A stretch of DNA of 64,000 bases, from assembly GCA_050746725.1 (NCBI GenBank), contig JBOGMX010000009.1:52734-116733 (forward strand). Direction: 5' to 3'. Shown here piece by piece: positions 46,490 through 56,207 of the stretch; position 1 is the stretch's first letter; each line of letters opens with the position of its first letter. A model generated the notes under the pieces. It ran no database searches, had not been told where the DNA came from, and was given only the letters and a program-made list of their open reading frames with translations. The position numbers and the translations under genes were made by a program. This DNA is from Candidatus Acidiferrales bacterium (GTDB lineage: Bacteria > Acidobacteriota > Terriglobia > Acidiferrales > UBA7541).

Positions 46490-47539
46490 TTAAGCAGGCA
46501 CTGACAGCCGCTTTGCCACCGCGCGCCGCGCGACTTTCTCGGGCTTTTCCGCTCTCGTCGCCTTCTTGGTTTTTGCGGTCGTAGGAATTGGTCTGCCCGC
46601 CAACCTCCAAAGAGCCGCCACGTTTCTGCGATCATCTCCGGGCTTGTCGATTGGCGTCTCCAGGATGAACGCTCGTCCTCTCAGCAGCGGATGCCGCAAG
46701 ATCCGCGCGAAAGCTTCCGCGCCGATTTTCCCCTTGCCGATATGCTCGTGCCGATCCACGCGAGAGCCAAGCGCCGCCTTCGAATCATTCACATGGATCA
46801 CCGAAACGCACCCCAGCCCGACCGTTCGTTCGATATCGCGCAGCGCCGATTCCAACCCATCAGCCGTCTGAATATCCCAGCCCGCCGCAAACGTATGCGC
46901 TGTGTCAACGCAAACGCCGAGCGCCAGACCGGTGCATAGGTCAAGAATCGCTTTCAGTTCCTCGAATTTCGATCCGATCGAACTTCCCTGTCCGGCCGTA
47001 TTTTCCAGCAAAATCTTCAGTTCGCCAAGCTTCAGTCCGCGTGCGGCCTGCTTCAGACCCTGCGCGATTGCGGCGACGCCCGCCTCCACGGCGCCATCGC
47101 AAAAGCTGCCCGGATGCGCCACCAGATAATCCGCGCCCAAATCAATCGCGCGAACCAGTTCCTGATGGAACGCCTGCACGGACCGCGCCCGGAGCACCGG
47201 ATTGGGCGACGCAAGATTGATCAGATAATTACCGTGAATGACCACCGGCCCGAGCTGTAGCTCGCGCCGGCGGACGCGAAATCGAGCCGCATCCGCGGGA
47301 GCGATTCGGCCGATGCCTCGCGTCCACATTCTCGGACTGGCCGAAAAAATCTGCAGCGCGTTGGCGCCCAGCTCGCTCGCGATTTCGAGTGACCGGACGA
47401 TGTCTCCCGCGATGGACGTGTGAATGCCAATCCGTAGGCTGCCGTCTTTCCACGCCGGAATTTCAGGTGGCGCGACAGGTTCTTGATGGTACTCGTCGGC
47501 AGCGTCGTATTCGAAAACCCTGTCCTGGTCTTTTGGCAT
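46490..47539 (-). CDS. nfo: Deoxyribonuclease IV (endonuclease IV, Nfo) with N-terminal extension and basic C-terminal tail
   Basis: TIM-barrel AP endonuclease pattern: LRIGIHTSIAG.., ALQIF, VIHGNYLINLAS, YLVAHPGS, LLENTAG, VCVDTAHTFAAG, HVNDSK, HEHIGKGKIG. Start at the ATG at 47539. The longer track ORF runs through the tRNA-Cys gene on the other strand. Confidence 0.85.
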   Translation of the reverse strand: MPKDQDRVFEYDAADEYHQEPVAPPEIPAWKDGSLRIGIHTSIAGDIVRSLEIASELGANALQIFSASPRMWTRGIGRIAPADAARFRVRRRELQLGPVVIHGNYLINLASPNPVLRARSVQAFHQELVRAIDLGADYLVAHPGSFCDGAVEAGVAAIAQGLKQAARGLKLGELKILLENTAGQGSSIGSKFEELKAILDLCTGLALGVCVDTAHTFAAGWDIQTADGLESALRDIERTVGLGCVSVIHVNDSKAALGSRVDRHEHIGKGKIGAEAFARILRHPLLRGRAFILETPIDKPGDDRRNVAALWRLAGRPIPTTAKTKKATRAEKPEKVARRAVAKRLSVPA

Positions 47540-47743
47540 TCCCTTGGTGTGCTTGGAAAGCAGTTGGTTGCGGTCGGGGACTCGCTCGCCGTCCGCGCAA
47601 ATCCCCCGCGTATTGAATTTTATAGTAAATGGCGCCAACGCGCAAACCATGCCGCGCGCATCGCATGCGCGTCCGCGAATCGCCTCAAAATCCTGGCGCG
47701 GACCACCCGGTCGAGTGCTATGATAGCCAATTGTTGGACGTGA

Positions 47744-47817
47744 GGCGCGGTCGCCAAGTGGTAAGGCAAAGGTCTGCAAAACCTTTAACGGCGGTTCGAT
47801 TCCGCCCCGCGCCTCCA
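47744..47817 (+). tRNA. tRNA-Cys (anticodon GCA)
   Basis: 74 nt. Acceptor stem GGCGCGG/CCGCGCC. Anticodon arm AAGGT-CTGCAAA-ACCTT. T arm GGCGG-TTCGATT-CCGCC. Discriminator U73 and an A13-A22 mismatch, both characteristic of tRNA-Cys. Encoded CCA. Confidence 0.92.
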
Positions 47818-48048
47818 GATTTCGAGCCTGTGTTCGACCTTCTCTACGCTCCAGCAATACGAGCCACCCCGTCCGCGAAGCCCGTCCAAAATGCCCGCCG
47901 AACGTAGTACCGCGTCGACATTCCGCGGCTCTCTGCACGTCCATCATAATCTGCAAACGCGCTGCGGTCGCGAGCCACGCGAATGCGCCCTCTCGCCTCT
48001 TTGGCTGGGCAGGCGGATACCGGACGTGTTTGCACCGGGCACATTGGC

Positions 48049-49170
48049 ATGAAAATCCGGTGGAACTATCGGCTCATCGCCCTGCTCATCATCCTCGGAG
48101 TATTGGGTATACGCGAGGTGGCCATGGAGCTGCGTCCTTCGTTCCTGCGCCCAGGCATGCACTTGATGGCCTACGTCAGCAACACCGCAGACGGAACTCT
48201 GACGGCCATCGACCTTGTGAAATTGCTGCCGGTCGCCACGATAAAGGTCGGCCCCGAGCCTACCGGTATCCGCGCCGATCCTTCGCGGAAGGAAATCTGG
48301 GGACTCAGCGCTGCGGGCGGTTTCGCTTGGGTGCTCGACGTTACCACCAACAGAGTCGTCGCGCACATTCCCGTCGGCGCGGCTCCCTATGCTCTGGATT
48401 TCTCGCCGAATCACTCCCGCGCCTACGTTGCTGCCTCCGGCTCGAACGCAGTGGTCGAAATCAACTGCGTCACTCGCCAGGTCGTCGCGCGCGGTCGCGC
48501 CGGCCGCCGCCCATGGATCGCGCGTTTATCGCCGAACGGCAAAGTCCTCGTGGTTTCAAATCGCGCGGACAGCACCGTCTCGCTCCTGGACCCGGTGACC
48601 CTCGCGTCGCGCGGGGTCATCCGCGTGGCTCCCGATCCAGAACAAATCGCCATCTTGCCCGATAGCTCGAAGGCATTCGTCACATCGGGAACTACGGACC
48701 AAATTTCCGTCGTGGATTTGAAGAGGAAAGTGCTGCTCTCGAACATTCAGATCGGCGGCACTCCGAATGCTTTGATCCTCAAGCCCGATGGCGGCGAACT
48801 CTACATTCCGTCCACGACCGCCCACGGCCTGCTGGTACTCGATACACAGACAAACGAAGTAGGCGACTTTATGCTCCTCGGTAGCTCGCCAGTATACGGC
48901 ACGCTCACCCCGGATGGCTCGGTCCTCTATGTCTCCGACCCCGGCACGGGCCACGTCATTCCCGTCGCCATCAACAACCGGCAAGCCGCTCATCCGATTT
49001 CCGTTGGACAAGGCCCGCACGTTTGCGAACTCACTCCCGGCGGCGACATGCTCCTCGTGGTTGATTCGGTTTCAGACGATCTTGCCGTTATCCGCGCGGA
49101 AACATCCAGCCTGATCACGCTGATCCCAACCGGCTCCCACCCGCGCGACCTCGCCATCGAAGCATTCTGA
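48049..49170 (+). CDS. YncE-like / YVTN-family beta-propeller repeat protein
   Basis: N-terminal anchor MKIRWNYRLIALLIILGVLG. About seven ~40-aa repeats with G..P.g....pdg.k.yV.....d.vsviD patterns. Confidence 0.8.
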   Translation: MKIRWNYRLIALLIILGVLGIREVAMELRPSFLRPGMHLMAYVSNTADGTLTAIDLVKLLPVATIKVGPEPTGIRADPSRKEIWGLSAAGGFAWVLDVTTNRVVAHIPVGAAPYALDFSPNHSRAYVAASGSNAVVEINCVTRQVVARGRAGRRPWIARLSPNGKVLVVSNRADSTVSLLDPVTLASRGVIRVAPDPEQIAILPDSSKAFVTSGTTDQISVVDLKRKVLLSNIQIGGTPNALILKPDGGELYIPSTTAHGLLVLDTQTNEVGDFMLLGSSPVYGTLTPDGSVLYVSDPGTGHVIPVAINNRQAAHPISVGQGPHVCELTPGGDMLLVVDSVSDDLAVIRAETSSLITLIPTGSHPRDLAIEAF

Positions 49171-49245
49171 AGTGCGCCAGTTTGCAGCGCATCTTTCTGC
49201 CCGGCCCGCCTACCGCGCGTCCCCGAGCGCCCCATCCGCGCGACC

Positions 49246-52200
49246 CTACTCCACCGTAAATGTAAGCGATGCCGTCCGGCTCGTCGAACTCCCGCCGCTA
49301 GCCGCCGTGGCTGTCACGGTCACGCTGTATATTCCCGGCGGCGTCCCTGGACTCGACGGTGACGGATCGGCGTTGCCTCCCGATCCGCACGCGGCGATGC
49401 CGATGGAGAACGCGAGCACCAGCGCCGCCATCTGAATTAAACAAAACGCTCTTCGGCTGGCATTGTCCGCGAAGACTCCGCCGACTCCAACCACGAGCAA
49501 CAGGCATATCGCCCATGCGCAAACCGCTGCCGCAACCTTACCCCCTCGAAGCGGCGGCCTTCCCAGCGGAAATAGCGGCAATATTGAAGTCGCCGCGTAG
49601 GTTGGCACGGTCACGGTAAAATCCGCCACGGCACCGGGTGTGGCCTGTACCGATTCAGGACTCGTAGAGCACGTTCCGAGATCTGCTCCCGCTTCCGCCA
49701 CGCACGACAACTCGACCGTCCCCGTAAATCCGCCAGACGAAGCGATCTCCAAGTTAAACGACGCAGCCTCTCCCGCCTCTACTGGCGCCGTCACAGGTTG
49801 CCCATTTGCCGCCGCAAGGCAGAAGTCCGCCGCTGCGCCCGTCAACGGAATGAGCTGCGGGCTTCCGGGCGCGTTGTCCTCTAACTGGATTGTCGCGCTT
49901 CGATTCGGGTCGTCGCCGCATGTCGCCGCCTCCTGCGGCTGAAATGCCACCTGCACCGTACAAGAATTCCCCGGCGAAACCGAACTGCCGGGGCCGCTGC
50001 ACGTGTTCCCCGTGATACTGAAGTCAGTTTTGTTGGAGCCGCTAACGCCGATCTGAGCAAGCGCCAGCGCTCCAGCGTAAGGCCCGCTGCTGCTGTTCGT
50101 AATCGTGATCGGCTGTGGCGCACCCTCGGTTCCCACAAGTTGACTCGCGAAATTCACCTCCGCCGTAAACGAAATCGCCGCTTGCGTTGCTATCCCGGAG
50201 AGCGCCACTGACGCCGGTGTCCCTCCCGGCACATCCAGCGTCGCCGATCTCGGCCCCGTCGGAACGTCTGTGGCAGGATCGAACGAAATTGAAACTTGGC
50301 AATGTCCTCCGGCGCTGAGAACAGGCGAGCATGCGTTTTGTTCGGAAAAATCGGACGCGCTCGAACCTTTTACCAAAATCCCACTGACACTCGCGGCCGA
50401 TGAACCCGTGTTAGTGATCGTAATTGTTTGCGCCGCGCTCGTGCTTCCTTCGCCCTGAGCCGCGAATATCAAACTCGATGGCGACACCTGCAGCACAGCC
50501 GGATTATTGGCCGCGCCCGTCAGCGTAACGATTTGCGAATTGCCGGCGGCATTATCGGAAAAACTCAACGTCGCGCTTTTCGATGTTCCAGCCGATTGCG
50601 GAGCAAATTGGATCGCTACGATGCACCCGGCACTTACTGCAACCGTTCCTCCGCCCACGGGACACGTGGTGACTCCGCTATCGATCGTGAAATCCGCGGA
50701 ATTTGCGCCCTGAATCGTGATGCTGTTCACGCTCAGAGACGCGCTTCCTTCATTCGTCAAAACCACTGACTGCGGACTTCCAGTCGTGCCAACCGGCACG
50801 GTGCCAAACGCAATTGAGAGAGGCTGGACCTGCGCCACGGGCGCCGGGGGAACTCCCTTACCCGTCAGCGCAATGATCTGTTCCGCGCCTGATTGCGAAT
50901 CCGAATTGTCCCAAATTTGGATTTGGTCCTGAAGCGGTCCGGAAATAGTCGGAGCAAAAAAAACATCCAGCGTGCAACTGCTGCCCCCAGCGATACTCGC
51001 TCCGGCAAGCGTGCCGAATTCGCAGGTCCCGCCCTGCAACCCGAAAGCAGCCGTCGAGGGGCCGCTTTCGCTCGTTAGAGTCAGCGACCCCGTTCCTGAA
51101 TTTGTGATCGTAATGGTTTGAACGCTCTTCTGCGGCGCGTTTATCGGCTGGCTGCCAAAATCCAGGTTCGGCGGCGCAATCAGAGCGTGCGGCGCCTCGC
51201 CCGTTCCCGTTACCTCCAGAAGTTGCGGACTTCCCGGTGCGTTGTCCCACACCGAGACGTAAGCCGTCTCCGGGCCGCCGAGCGAAGGCGTGAACGTCAG
51301 CTCCAAAGAACACTGGGCGCCCGGTCCCGGCGATATCGCTGCGCCGACGCAATCCCCGATCTGCGGTGAAAAGTCGGAGGCGTTCGGTCCCACAATTTGG
51401 ATGGCCGAGATGGTGAGCGTCTGCTCTCCCCCATTCAGAACCGCAATCGGCGCGCCCACTACCTGGCTGCCGATGCTCGTTGGAGGCAATATCTCTCGTC
51501 CAAGATTGAAGTACACGCTCGGACCTGGCGCCGTGCTCTCGGAAATGGCCACCAGAAAGGCGTCGCTACTAGGCGAAGCGGCCTGGCAACTAACACAACT
51601 CTGTTGAAAGCCATTTGCCGTGCCCGCCGTCGTGACGGCCGTCGGGAAATCAGCTCCGGTCGTTTCACCCGTCACATACACCTGCCCGCCGACTACCGCT
51701 ACTCCGGTCGCCGCGGCGCTAGCTGTTTCGCTCGGCTGAGAAGTGCCGCCGAGCGGTGTGGAAAAGATGAGCGAGGCCGCGCCCGAGGCCGTCGGGTCGA
51801 ACATCGCCAGGAACGCATCGGAACCGCCGTTGAATGGCTGCAGGTTGTCGTGCCAGGAAAAATTCGGCGAGTCCGTTTGACCAGCAACGTAAACGGCGCT
51901 TGGACCCTCGACTGCAGTCGACAATCCGGAATCTGTAAGACTTCCGCCGAGATATGTCGAGTAGCTCAGCGAAGTCTCTGCGGAAACCGGGTCTTGCCCG
52001 ATCACCGCAAGGAATGCGTTTGCTGATCCGCTCTCCGCAGGATCGGCAAGCAGACTGCTCTGGTATGGCGCGCTCGCTCCGTTCACCGGGAAATCGGGTG
52101 ACTGCGTTTCTCCCGTCACGTACGCTTTTGGCGCGATGCTGGAATCGAGAGCGATGCTAGTAATCTCGTCCATGCCGCTGCCCCCGATCAGCGTTCCATA

Positions 52201-54036
52201 GATCAGGTCGCTCGCTCCTTGGCCCATGGGCGCGATTTTCATCACGAAACCATCGGACGAGCCTCCGCCGTATTGGCTCTGAAACGCATTGTGTATTGGA
52301 AATCCGCTTGAGGCGTTTGACGCCGATCCCGCCACGTACGCGTTTCCGCTGGAGTCCACGGCGACTCCGCCAACTCCCACTTGCCCAACCGAATTCGTCC
52401 CCAGGTAAGTGCAGTACTTCACCGTCGGCGGAGTGGCGGGTTGCGATGGCGGCGCGAACACTGCCAGGAACCCGTCGCTCGTATCTCCATCCCAATCGGG
52501 TTGAAACGCTCCCACCGTAACCGGTAAATCCGGCGACGATGGATCGACCGCGCTCGTTTCGACATCCGACGCGATATAGACGTCCCCCGCCTGATCCAGC
52601 GCGATTCCGCCGGGACCCTCGCCTGATTCCCGTCCGCTTCCGCCAAAGTAAGCCGAAAAATTAAGCTGGTTTCCTGCGGCGTTGATCTCGCTGACCACCA
52701 CGTCGTTGCCGTCGCCGCTGGTCAATCCACTGGTCGGCTGGCTCAATCCGGTCACCGGAAAATCCGTCGACGTTGTCGTCCCTGTGATCGCGACGTCTCC
52801 CGTGCCATCCACGGCGATCAGTCCGCCCGACTGCGTTCCACTTCCTCCCAAAAACGTCAAGTACACTAGCGAATTTGCGCCCGTGACCGTCGGATCGATT
52901 TTGGCGACGTAAAACGCGGAAGCACCAACCACAGGTCCCACCCCGGTGGCCGTCGTCTCGGGAAAAGTGGATGATGCTGTGGTCGCTCCCGCTACGTAGA
53001 CGTTCCCACTCGCGTCGACCGCCACGTTCCCCGCTGTTTCACTCCCCGCGCCGCCCAGAAACGTGGCGTAGGCCACCGATATCGATGGATCGACCACCAA
53101 AGTCGCGCGCGGGTCGTGCGGCCCTAAGTCCAGCCCCACCGATCCGTCCGCTTCCATCACATATTTGCCGCGAACGGCCTTCCGAGTTCCCCCCGCTAGC
53201 TCGTCGTAAATGTTTGGTCGCGCCATTCGTAGCTTGCGATCGCCGGCGAATAAAATCAGCTCGCCTCCAGAAATTTCCGCGCCGGTGGTGCCGGAAAATC
53301 GCAGCCGCAACCGGGACGCGTCGCTCCCGACCGGCAGCCGCAAATCGTATTCGACTCCGTTTTGATTGCCGTAGACCACCACGCCAATTCGTCCCGCCGA
53401 ATCCGAAGTGGCGACAGCTCGTTCGAAATGCGGCACGTCGGTGTGCCACGCGCGCGGATCGCGTCCAATAAAATAATTGCTGACAGTCCTCAGCTCCCCC
53501 TCGCCACGCCACGCAAACCCCGCATCATCGTTCGCAGCCTCGCGGCGTTCGATTTTCCGCGCTCGCCCGCGCGCCGCCGAATCGCGCTCGGCTCCGGCCC
53601 AGCCAACCCGAAGCTGCACCACGTCAATGCGTGCGCGCGAGCGCCGCGGAGACCGATCCGCCATCTCCACGTCCATTCCGTCGCGCGTGAGCAAAAGCGT
53701 CATGCCCGCGCCGCGCCCAACAAATTCCACGCGCGGATCGAAATGCCCTCCGAACTGGCCGATGTTCGGTTCGAAGGTCATCGGAATCGATCGCGGCGCT
53801 ACGCACTTTTCACCGTGCATGCAGCGATTTTCAGTCGAACTCGGAAGCGTCAGATTCGCGCGCGCGAGCATCCCGTCTGCATTCGCTGCCATTTTGGAAA
53901 TCCCGTGAATGCCGGGGCTGCGGAGCGCAAAAGAAGGAAATGCGCGCGCTGTTTTGCGCGCGATGTGAAACGCGGAAAGAACCATCGTGATTCCGGCCAG
54001 CGCCAGAATACACAACGATACAAATCGTCTGATCAT
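49246..54036 (-). CDS. Giant (1596 aa) surface protein: N-terminal anchor, SBBP beta-propeller repeats, about 7 choice-of-anchor-D (ASH/HYDIN-like) Ig domains, C-terminal hydrophobic region
   Basis: ATG at 54036 with GGAGGAGGG upstream. N-terminal PMTFEPNIGQ..FVGRGAGMTLLLT module. SBBP-like repeats (GG.G.E.G..VAVD.SGNVYVAG.T.S..FP). Repeated ~105-aa units with L.F....G..S..Q..T.TN.G...L....I...G....DF......C......L..G..C...V.F.P. Confidence 0.85.
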   Translation of the reverse strand: MIRRFVSLCILALAGITMVLSAFHIARKTARAFPSFALRSPGIHGISKMAANADGMLARANLTLPSSTENRCMHGEKCVAPRSIPMTFEPNIGQFGGHFDPRVEFVGRGAGMTLLLTRDGMDVEMADRSPRRSRARIDVVQLRVGWAGAERDSAARGRARKIERREAANDDAGFAWRGEGELRTVSNYFIGRDPRAWHTDVPHFERAVATSDSAGRIGVVVYGNQNGVEYDLRLPVGSDASRLRLRFSGTTGAEISGGELILFAGDRKLRMARPNIYDELAGGTRKAVRGKYVMEADGSVGLDLGPHDPRATLVVDPSISVAYATFLGGAGSETAGNVAVDASGNVYVAGATTASSTFPETTATGVGPVVGASAFYVAKIDPTVTGANSLVYLTFLGGSGTQSGGLIAVDGTGDVAITGTTTSTDFPVTGLSQPTSGLTSGDGNDVVVSEINAAGNQLNFSAYFGGSGRESGEGPGGIALDQAGDVYIASDVETSAVDPSSPDLPVTVGAFQPDWDGDTSDGFLAVFAPPSQPATPPTVKYCTYLGTNSVGQVGVGGVAVDSSGNAYVAGSASNASSGFPIHNAFQSQYGGGSSDGFVMKIAPMGQGASDLIYGTLIGGSGMDEITSIALDSSIAPKAYVTGETQSPDFPVNGASAPYQSSLLADPAESGSANAFLAVIGQDPVSAETSLSYSTYLGGSLTDSGLSTAVEGPSAVYVAGQTDSPNFSWHDNLQPFNGGSDAFLAMFDPTASGAASLIFSTPLGGTSQPSETASAAATGVAVVGGQVYVTGETTGADFPTAVTTAGTANGFQQSCVSCQAASPSSDAFLVAISESTAPGPSVYFNLGREILPPTSIGSQVVGAPIAVLNGGEQTLTISAIQIVGPNASDFSPQIGDCVGAAISPGPGAQCSLELTFTPSLGGPETAYVSVWDNAPGSPQLLEVTGTGEAPHALIAPPNLDFGSQPINAPQKSVQTITITNSGTGSLTLTSESGPSTAAFGLQGGTCEFGTLAGASIAGGSSCTLDVFFAPTISGPLQDQIQIWDNSDSQSGAEQIIALTGKGVPPAPVAQVQPLSIAFGTVPVGTTGSPQSVVLTNEGSASLSVNSITIQGANSADFTIDSGVTTCPVGGGTVAVSAGCIVAIQFAPQSAGTSKSATLSFSDNAAGNSQIVTLTGAANNPAVLQVSPSSLIFAAQGEGSTSAAQTITITNTGSSAASVSGILVKGSSASDFSEQNACSPVLSAGGHCQVSISFDPATDVPTGPRSATLDVPGGTPASVALSGIATQAAISFTAEVNFASQLVGTEGAPQPITITNSSSGPYAGALALAQIGVSGSNKTDFSITGNTCSGPGSSVSPGNSCTVQVAFQPQEAATCGDDPNRSATIQLEDNAPGSPQLIPLTGAAADFCLAAANGQPVTAPVEAGEAASFNLEIASSGGFTGTVELSCVAEAGADLGTCSTSPESVQATPGAVADFTVTVPTYAATSILPLFPLGRPPLRGGKVAAAVCAWAICLLLVVGVGGVFADNASRRAFCLIQMAALVLAFSIGIAACGSGGNADPSPSSPGTPPGIYSVTVTATAASGGSSTSRTASLTFTVE

Positions 54037-54407
54037 TTAGGCCCTCCTCCAGACGCGAAGTTTGTCTTCGAATCCAGGTTGGGCGGCTCTCGTACTGCGA
54101 GCCGACTGCCGTTAGTAGTTTTTTGCTGTGAACCCGCCGCCGTTACCGGAGGCGCGGCGAATATCTCGCTCCCTGCCGCAAATGTCAAGGTGACATTCGT
54201 CCCTGGCGCTGCGCTGCCGTCAGGGCTGAATCCCATCGAGCGGCGCGACCAGGATTTTGCTTTCGAGCCACGCCACGGTCCTGGCCGTGTCTTCCCGCCC
54301 TCACGCCCATAGTCAGAAACTCGGCGGCTCTAAGGGATGGTGTGAAGCTTCACGCAGCCCTTCTGAATGGCCTCTGACTCGCAATGGGAGTTTTTGTTGG
54401 GGGGAGT

Positions 54408-54448
54408 GCTTGCGGGCGGCGCGTGTGGGGAGATTCCCGCCCGCAAGC
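54408..54448 (-). other. Perfect 12-bp GC-rich stem-loop 21 nt downstream of the 54469 gene's stop
   Basis: GCTTGCGGGCGG - 17-nt loop - CCGCCCGCAAGC. No U tract follows on the minus strand, so it is not a canonical intrinsic terminator. Confidence 0.45.
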
Positions 54449-54468
54449 ATGTACTGCAAGGCGTAAAT

Positions 54469-55374
54469 TCAGTTCTGAGGCGGAGGCGGCGGCGTTGGCG
54501 GCGCGCCCAATCTTCTCCGCCGACGGATCGTCTGGAAATTTCCTTTCTCAACCGTGTAGTCCGGCGGCACCTGGAACAGCGACGGGTCAGGCTCGCCCAT
54601 CTGGATGTTCGTCAACTGCCGCACGCTGTCTCCGCGCATCGGGTCCGTCGTCTTGGTGAGGACGTACATTTGCAGCTCCGGCGAATACCACCGTTCCGTG
54701 GTAATCACGATCGGCTTCTCGTTGCCGATCTGCCCGGCTGGAATCGTGTGTGTATAACGCATTCCCTGCACTTGCACTCCATTGATCGTCTGCGTGCCGA
54801 GCGACGTGGTGGTCACGTTGCCCGCGTCCGCGGCGGGCGCAAGATTCCTGTCAATCCGGATGTGCCTCCTGCCGCGGAACGCCCGCACCTCATGCGCAAT
54901 CTTGCGGTCCGGCTCCAGAATGTACTGCATCTTGGAAACGGCGTCGTTGATGAAGATCACGTGCGGCGCGCCCTGATTGGAAGTCGCCCACGCTCCGATT
55001 GCCGGCAGAGTCATGTCCCGCCGAACGCTCCCTTCGCTGTCGCGCGCAATCGTGCCGGTGGTCGTTCGGTCGATTCGGTTGCCGTCCGCCAGCACCTCCG
55101 TCCTCTGCGTGCTGATCGTCGCTGTGAACGGAGCGCCCGCAACCGTCTTGCCCCCTAGACCCGCCTCAAATCCGACAAAATCCATCGCGTCACCGGTACC
55201 CATCGGACCGGGCCCCGCGCGGAAATACGTTACGTTCCGGCCCGGTGGCGGATTTGGCGGCGCCTGCGAGGTGGACTGCCCCGCGGCCTGCGCCTTAACT
55301 GCGCCTCCCAGGCTTGCCAGCCCCGCGAGCAGAACCGCAGCGCCAACCGCTCTCGCTATTTTTCCGATCCTCAT
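54469..55374 (-). CDS. Secreted hypothetical protein with Arg/Pro-rich C-terminus
   Basis: Start at the ATG at 55374 gives the signal peptide MRIGKIARAVGAAVLLAGLASLGGAVKAQA. Ends RRRRRLGAPPTPPPPPQN. Downstream of the ECF sigma / anti-sigma pair. Confidence 0.65.
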   Translation of the reverse strand: MRIGKIARAVGAAVLLAGLASLGGAVKAQAAGQSTSQAPPNPPPGRNVTYFRAGPGPMGTGDAMDFVGFEAGLGGKTVAGAPFTATISTQRTEVLADGNRIDRTTTGTIARDSEGSVRRDMTLPAIGAWATSNQGAPHVIFINDAVSKMQYILEPDRKIAHEVRAFRGRRHIRIDRNLAPAADAGNVTTTSLGTQTINGVQVQGMRYTHTIPAGQIGNEKPIVITTERWYSPELQMYVLTKTTDPMRGDSVRQLTNIQMGEPDPSLFQVPPDYTVEKGNFQTIRRRRRLGAPPTPPPPPQN

Positions 55375-55417
55375 CGGGCGCCTCCCGGCACGCTTCCCAA
55401 ATCCTCGCTCCTGTCTC

Positions 55418-56179
55418 TTATTGTGTTTGCCCGCTCGCCTCGTCCTGCGACACCAGACGAATCGCCTGCGGCGTCCCGTCCGCACTCACAATCAAATCCG
55501 CCTTCACTGTACCGTCGCCCTCCATCGCCTCCACCGGCAATCCAAACGACGCAAGATCCGCGCGCGGCATCACCACCCGCACCACTGCGCCGTCGTCAAG
55601 CAACGCGGGATCTCCCGCATCCGGCAGAGGAATAAATGCGGACGCATCCTCACTCGCAACCTGCGTCGAATCATCGGAGGCCGAACCTTCGGGCGCCAAT
55701 TTGCCGCCGCGCGCTTCCGCCACGCGCGCGATGCCTCGATGCGCCACCTGCTGCGTTTTCGGGCTGCGAGCGTCCGTTCGGGATTGCACCGGAACAGTCT
55801 GAAGCGCCATCGTCATCTTCGACGAACCATTCGTCCGCTCCGTCCGTTGGTACAGCCAGAATCCCAGCGAAAGCAGCACCATGGCCGCAATTCCGGCCAC
55901 CGCCGCAAAACGGCGCACGTTCTCGCGCGCGGCTCTTGCCTTCCGTTCGCGGAAAGCATCCAGCAAACGAGCCTCAGCGCGCCCGGAAGGCCGCGCATCG
56001 CCATCCTTCGCAATCAGCCGCCGCAACTCGGCATCAAGCAACTCGGTTTCCGTCAGCAACTGTCCGCAATCGCCGCAAACCTCCGCGTGCGCAAACGCCC
56101 TTTCCCGAACCTCCGCGGGCAGCACCCCCGGACGGTCCAGATCGGCCAGCAATTCTCGAAATTGAGAGCAATCCATCAT
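55418..56179 (-). CDS. Anti-sigma factor (zf-HC2 type)
   Basis: MMDCSQFRELLADL.....ERAFAHAEVCGDCGQLL (H-x3-C-x2-C) and the central TM segment FAAVAGIAAMVLLSLGFWLY. Confidence 0.75.
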   Translation of the reverse strand: MMDCSQFRELLADLDRPGVLPAEVRERAFAHAEVCGDCGQLLTETELLDAELRRLIAKDGDARPSGRAEARLLDAFRERKARAARENVRRFAAVAGIAAMVLLSLGFWLYQRTERTNGSSKMTMALQTVPVQSRTDARSPKTQQVAHRGIARVAEARGGKLAPEGSASDDSTQVASEDASAFIPLPDAGDPALLDDGAVVRVVMPRADLASFGLPVEAMEGDGTVKADLIVSADGTPQAIRLVSQDEASGQTQ

Positions 56180-56207
56180 CGGATCATCTCCTCGCTCGAC
56201 CGGCAGA

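Noticed and set aside
46444-46635. N-terminal 64-aa extension of leuS in the ORF track
   Set aside because: The extension is Arg/Lys-rich and would overlap the 3' end of nfo. The GTG at 46443 has a GGAGAG RBS and yields the canonical LeuS N-terminus (..YDPQKIELKWQ..).
46490-47956. 488-aa minus-strand ORF extending nfo upstream
   Set aside because: The extension runs straight through the tRNA-Cys gene (47744-47817, opposite strand) and has no protein-like features. The Nfo homology begins after the Met codon at 47539.
47818-48048. Integrated element at the 3' side of tRNA-Cys
   Set aside because: There is no integrase gene, no direct repeat of the tRNA 3' end, and no compositional shift. The downstream gene is an ordinary beta-propeller protein.
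49600-52000. Periodic repeats at DNA level inside the giant gene, considered as a possible CRISPR or tandem-repeat array
   Set aside because: The repeats are about 315 nt long, divergent and in frame. They correspond to Ig-like protein domains, with no short identical repeats separated by unique spacers. I saw no CRISPR-like array anywhere in the window.
53362-54312. 316-aa plus-strand ORF
   Set aside because: It is antisense to the 5' part of the giant surface-protein gene and has an Arg-rich composition.
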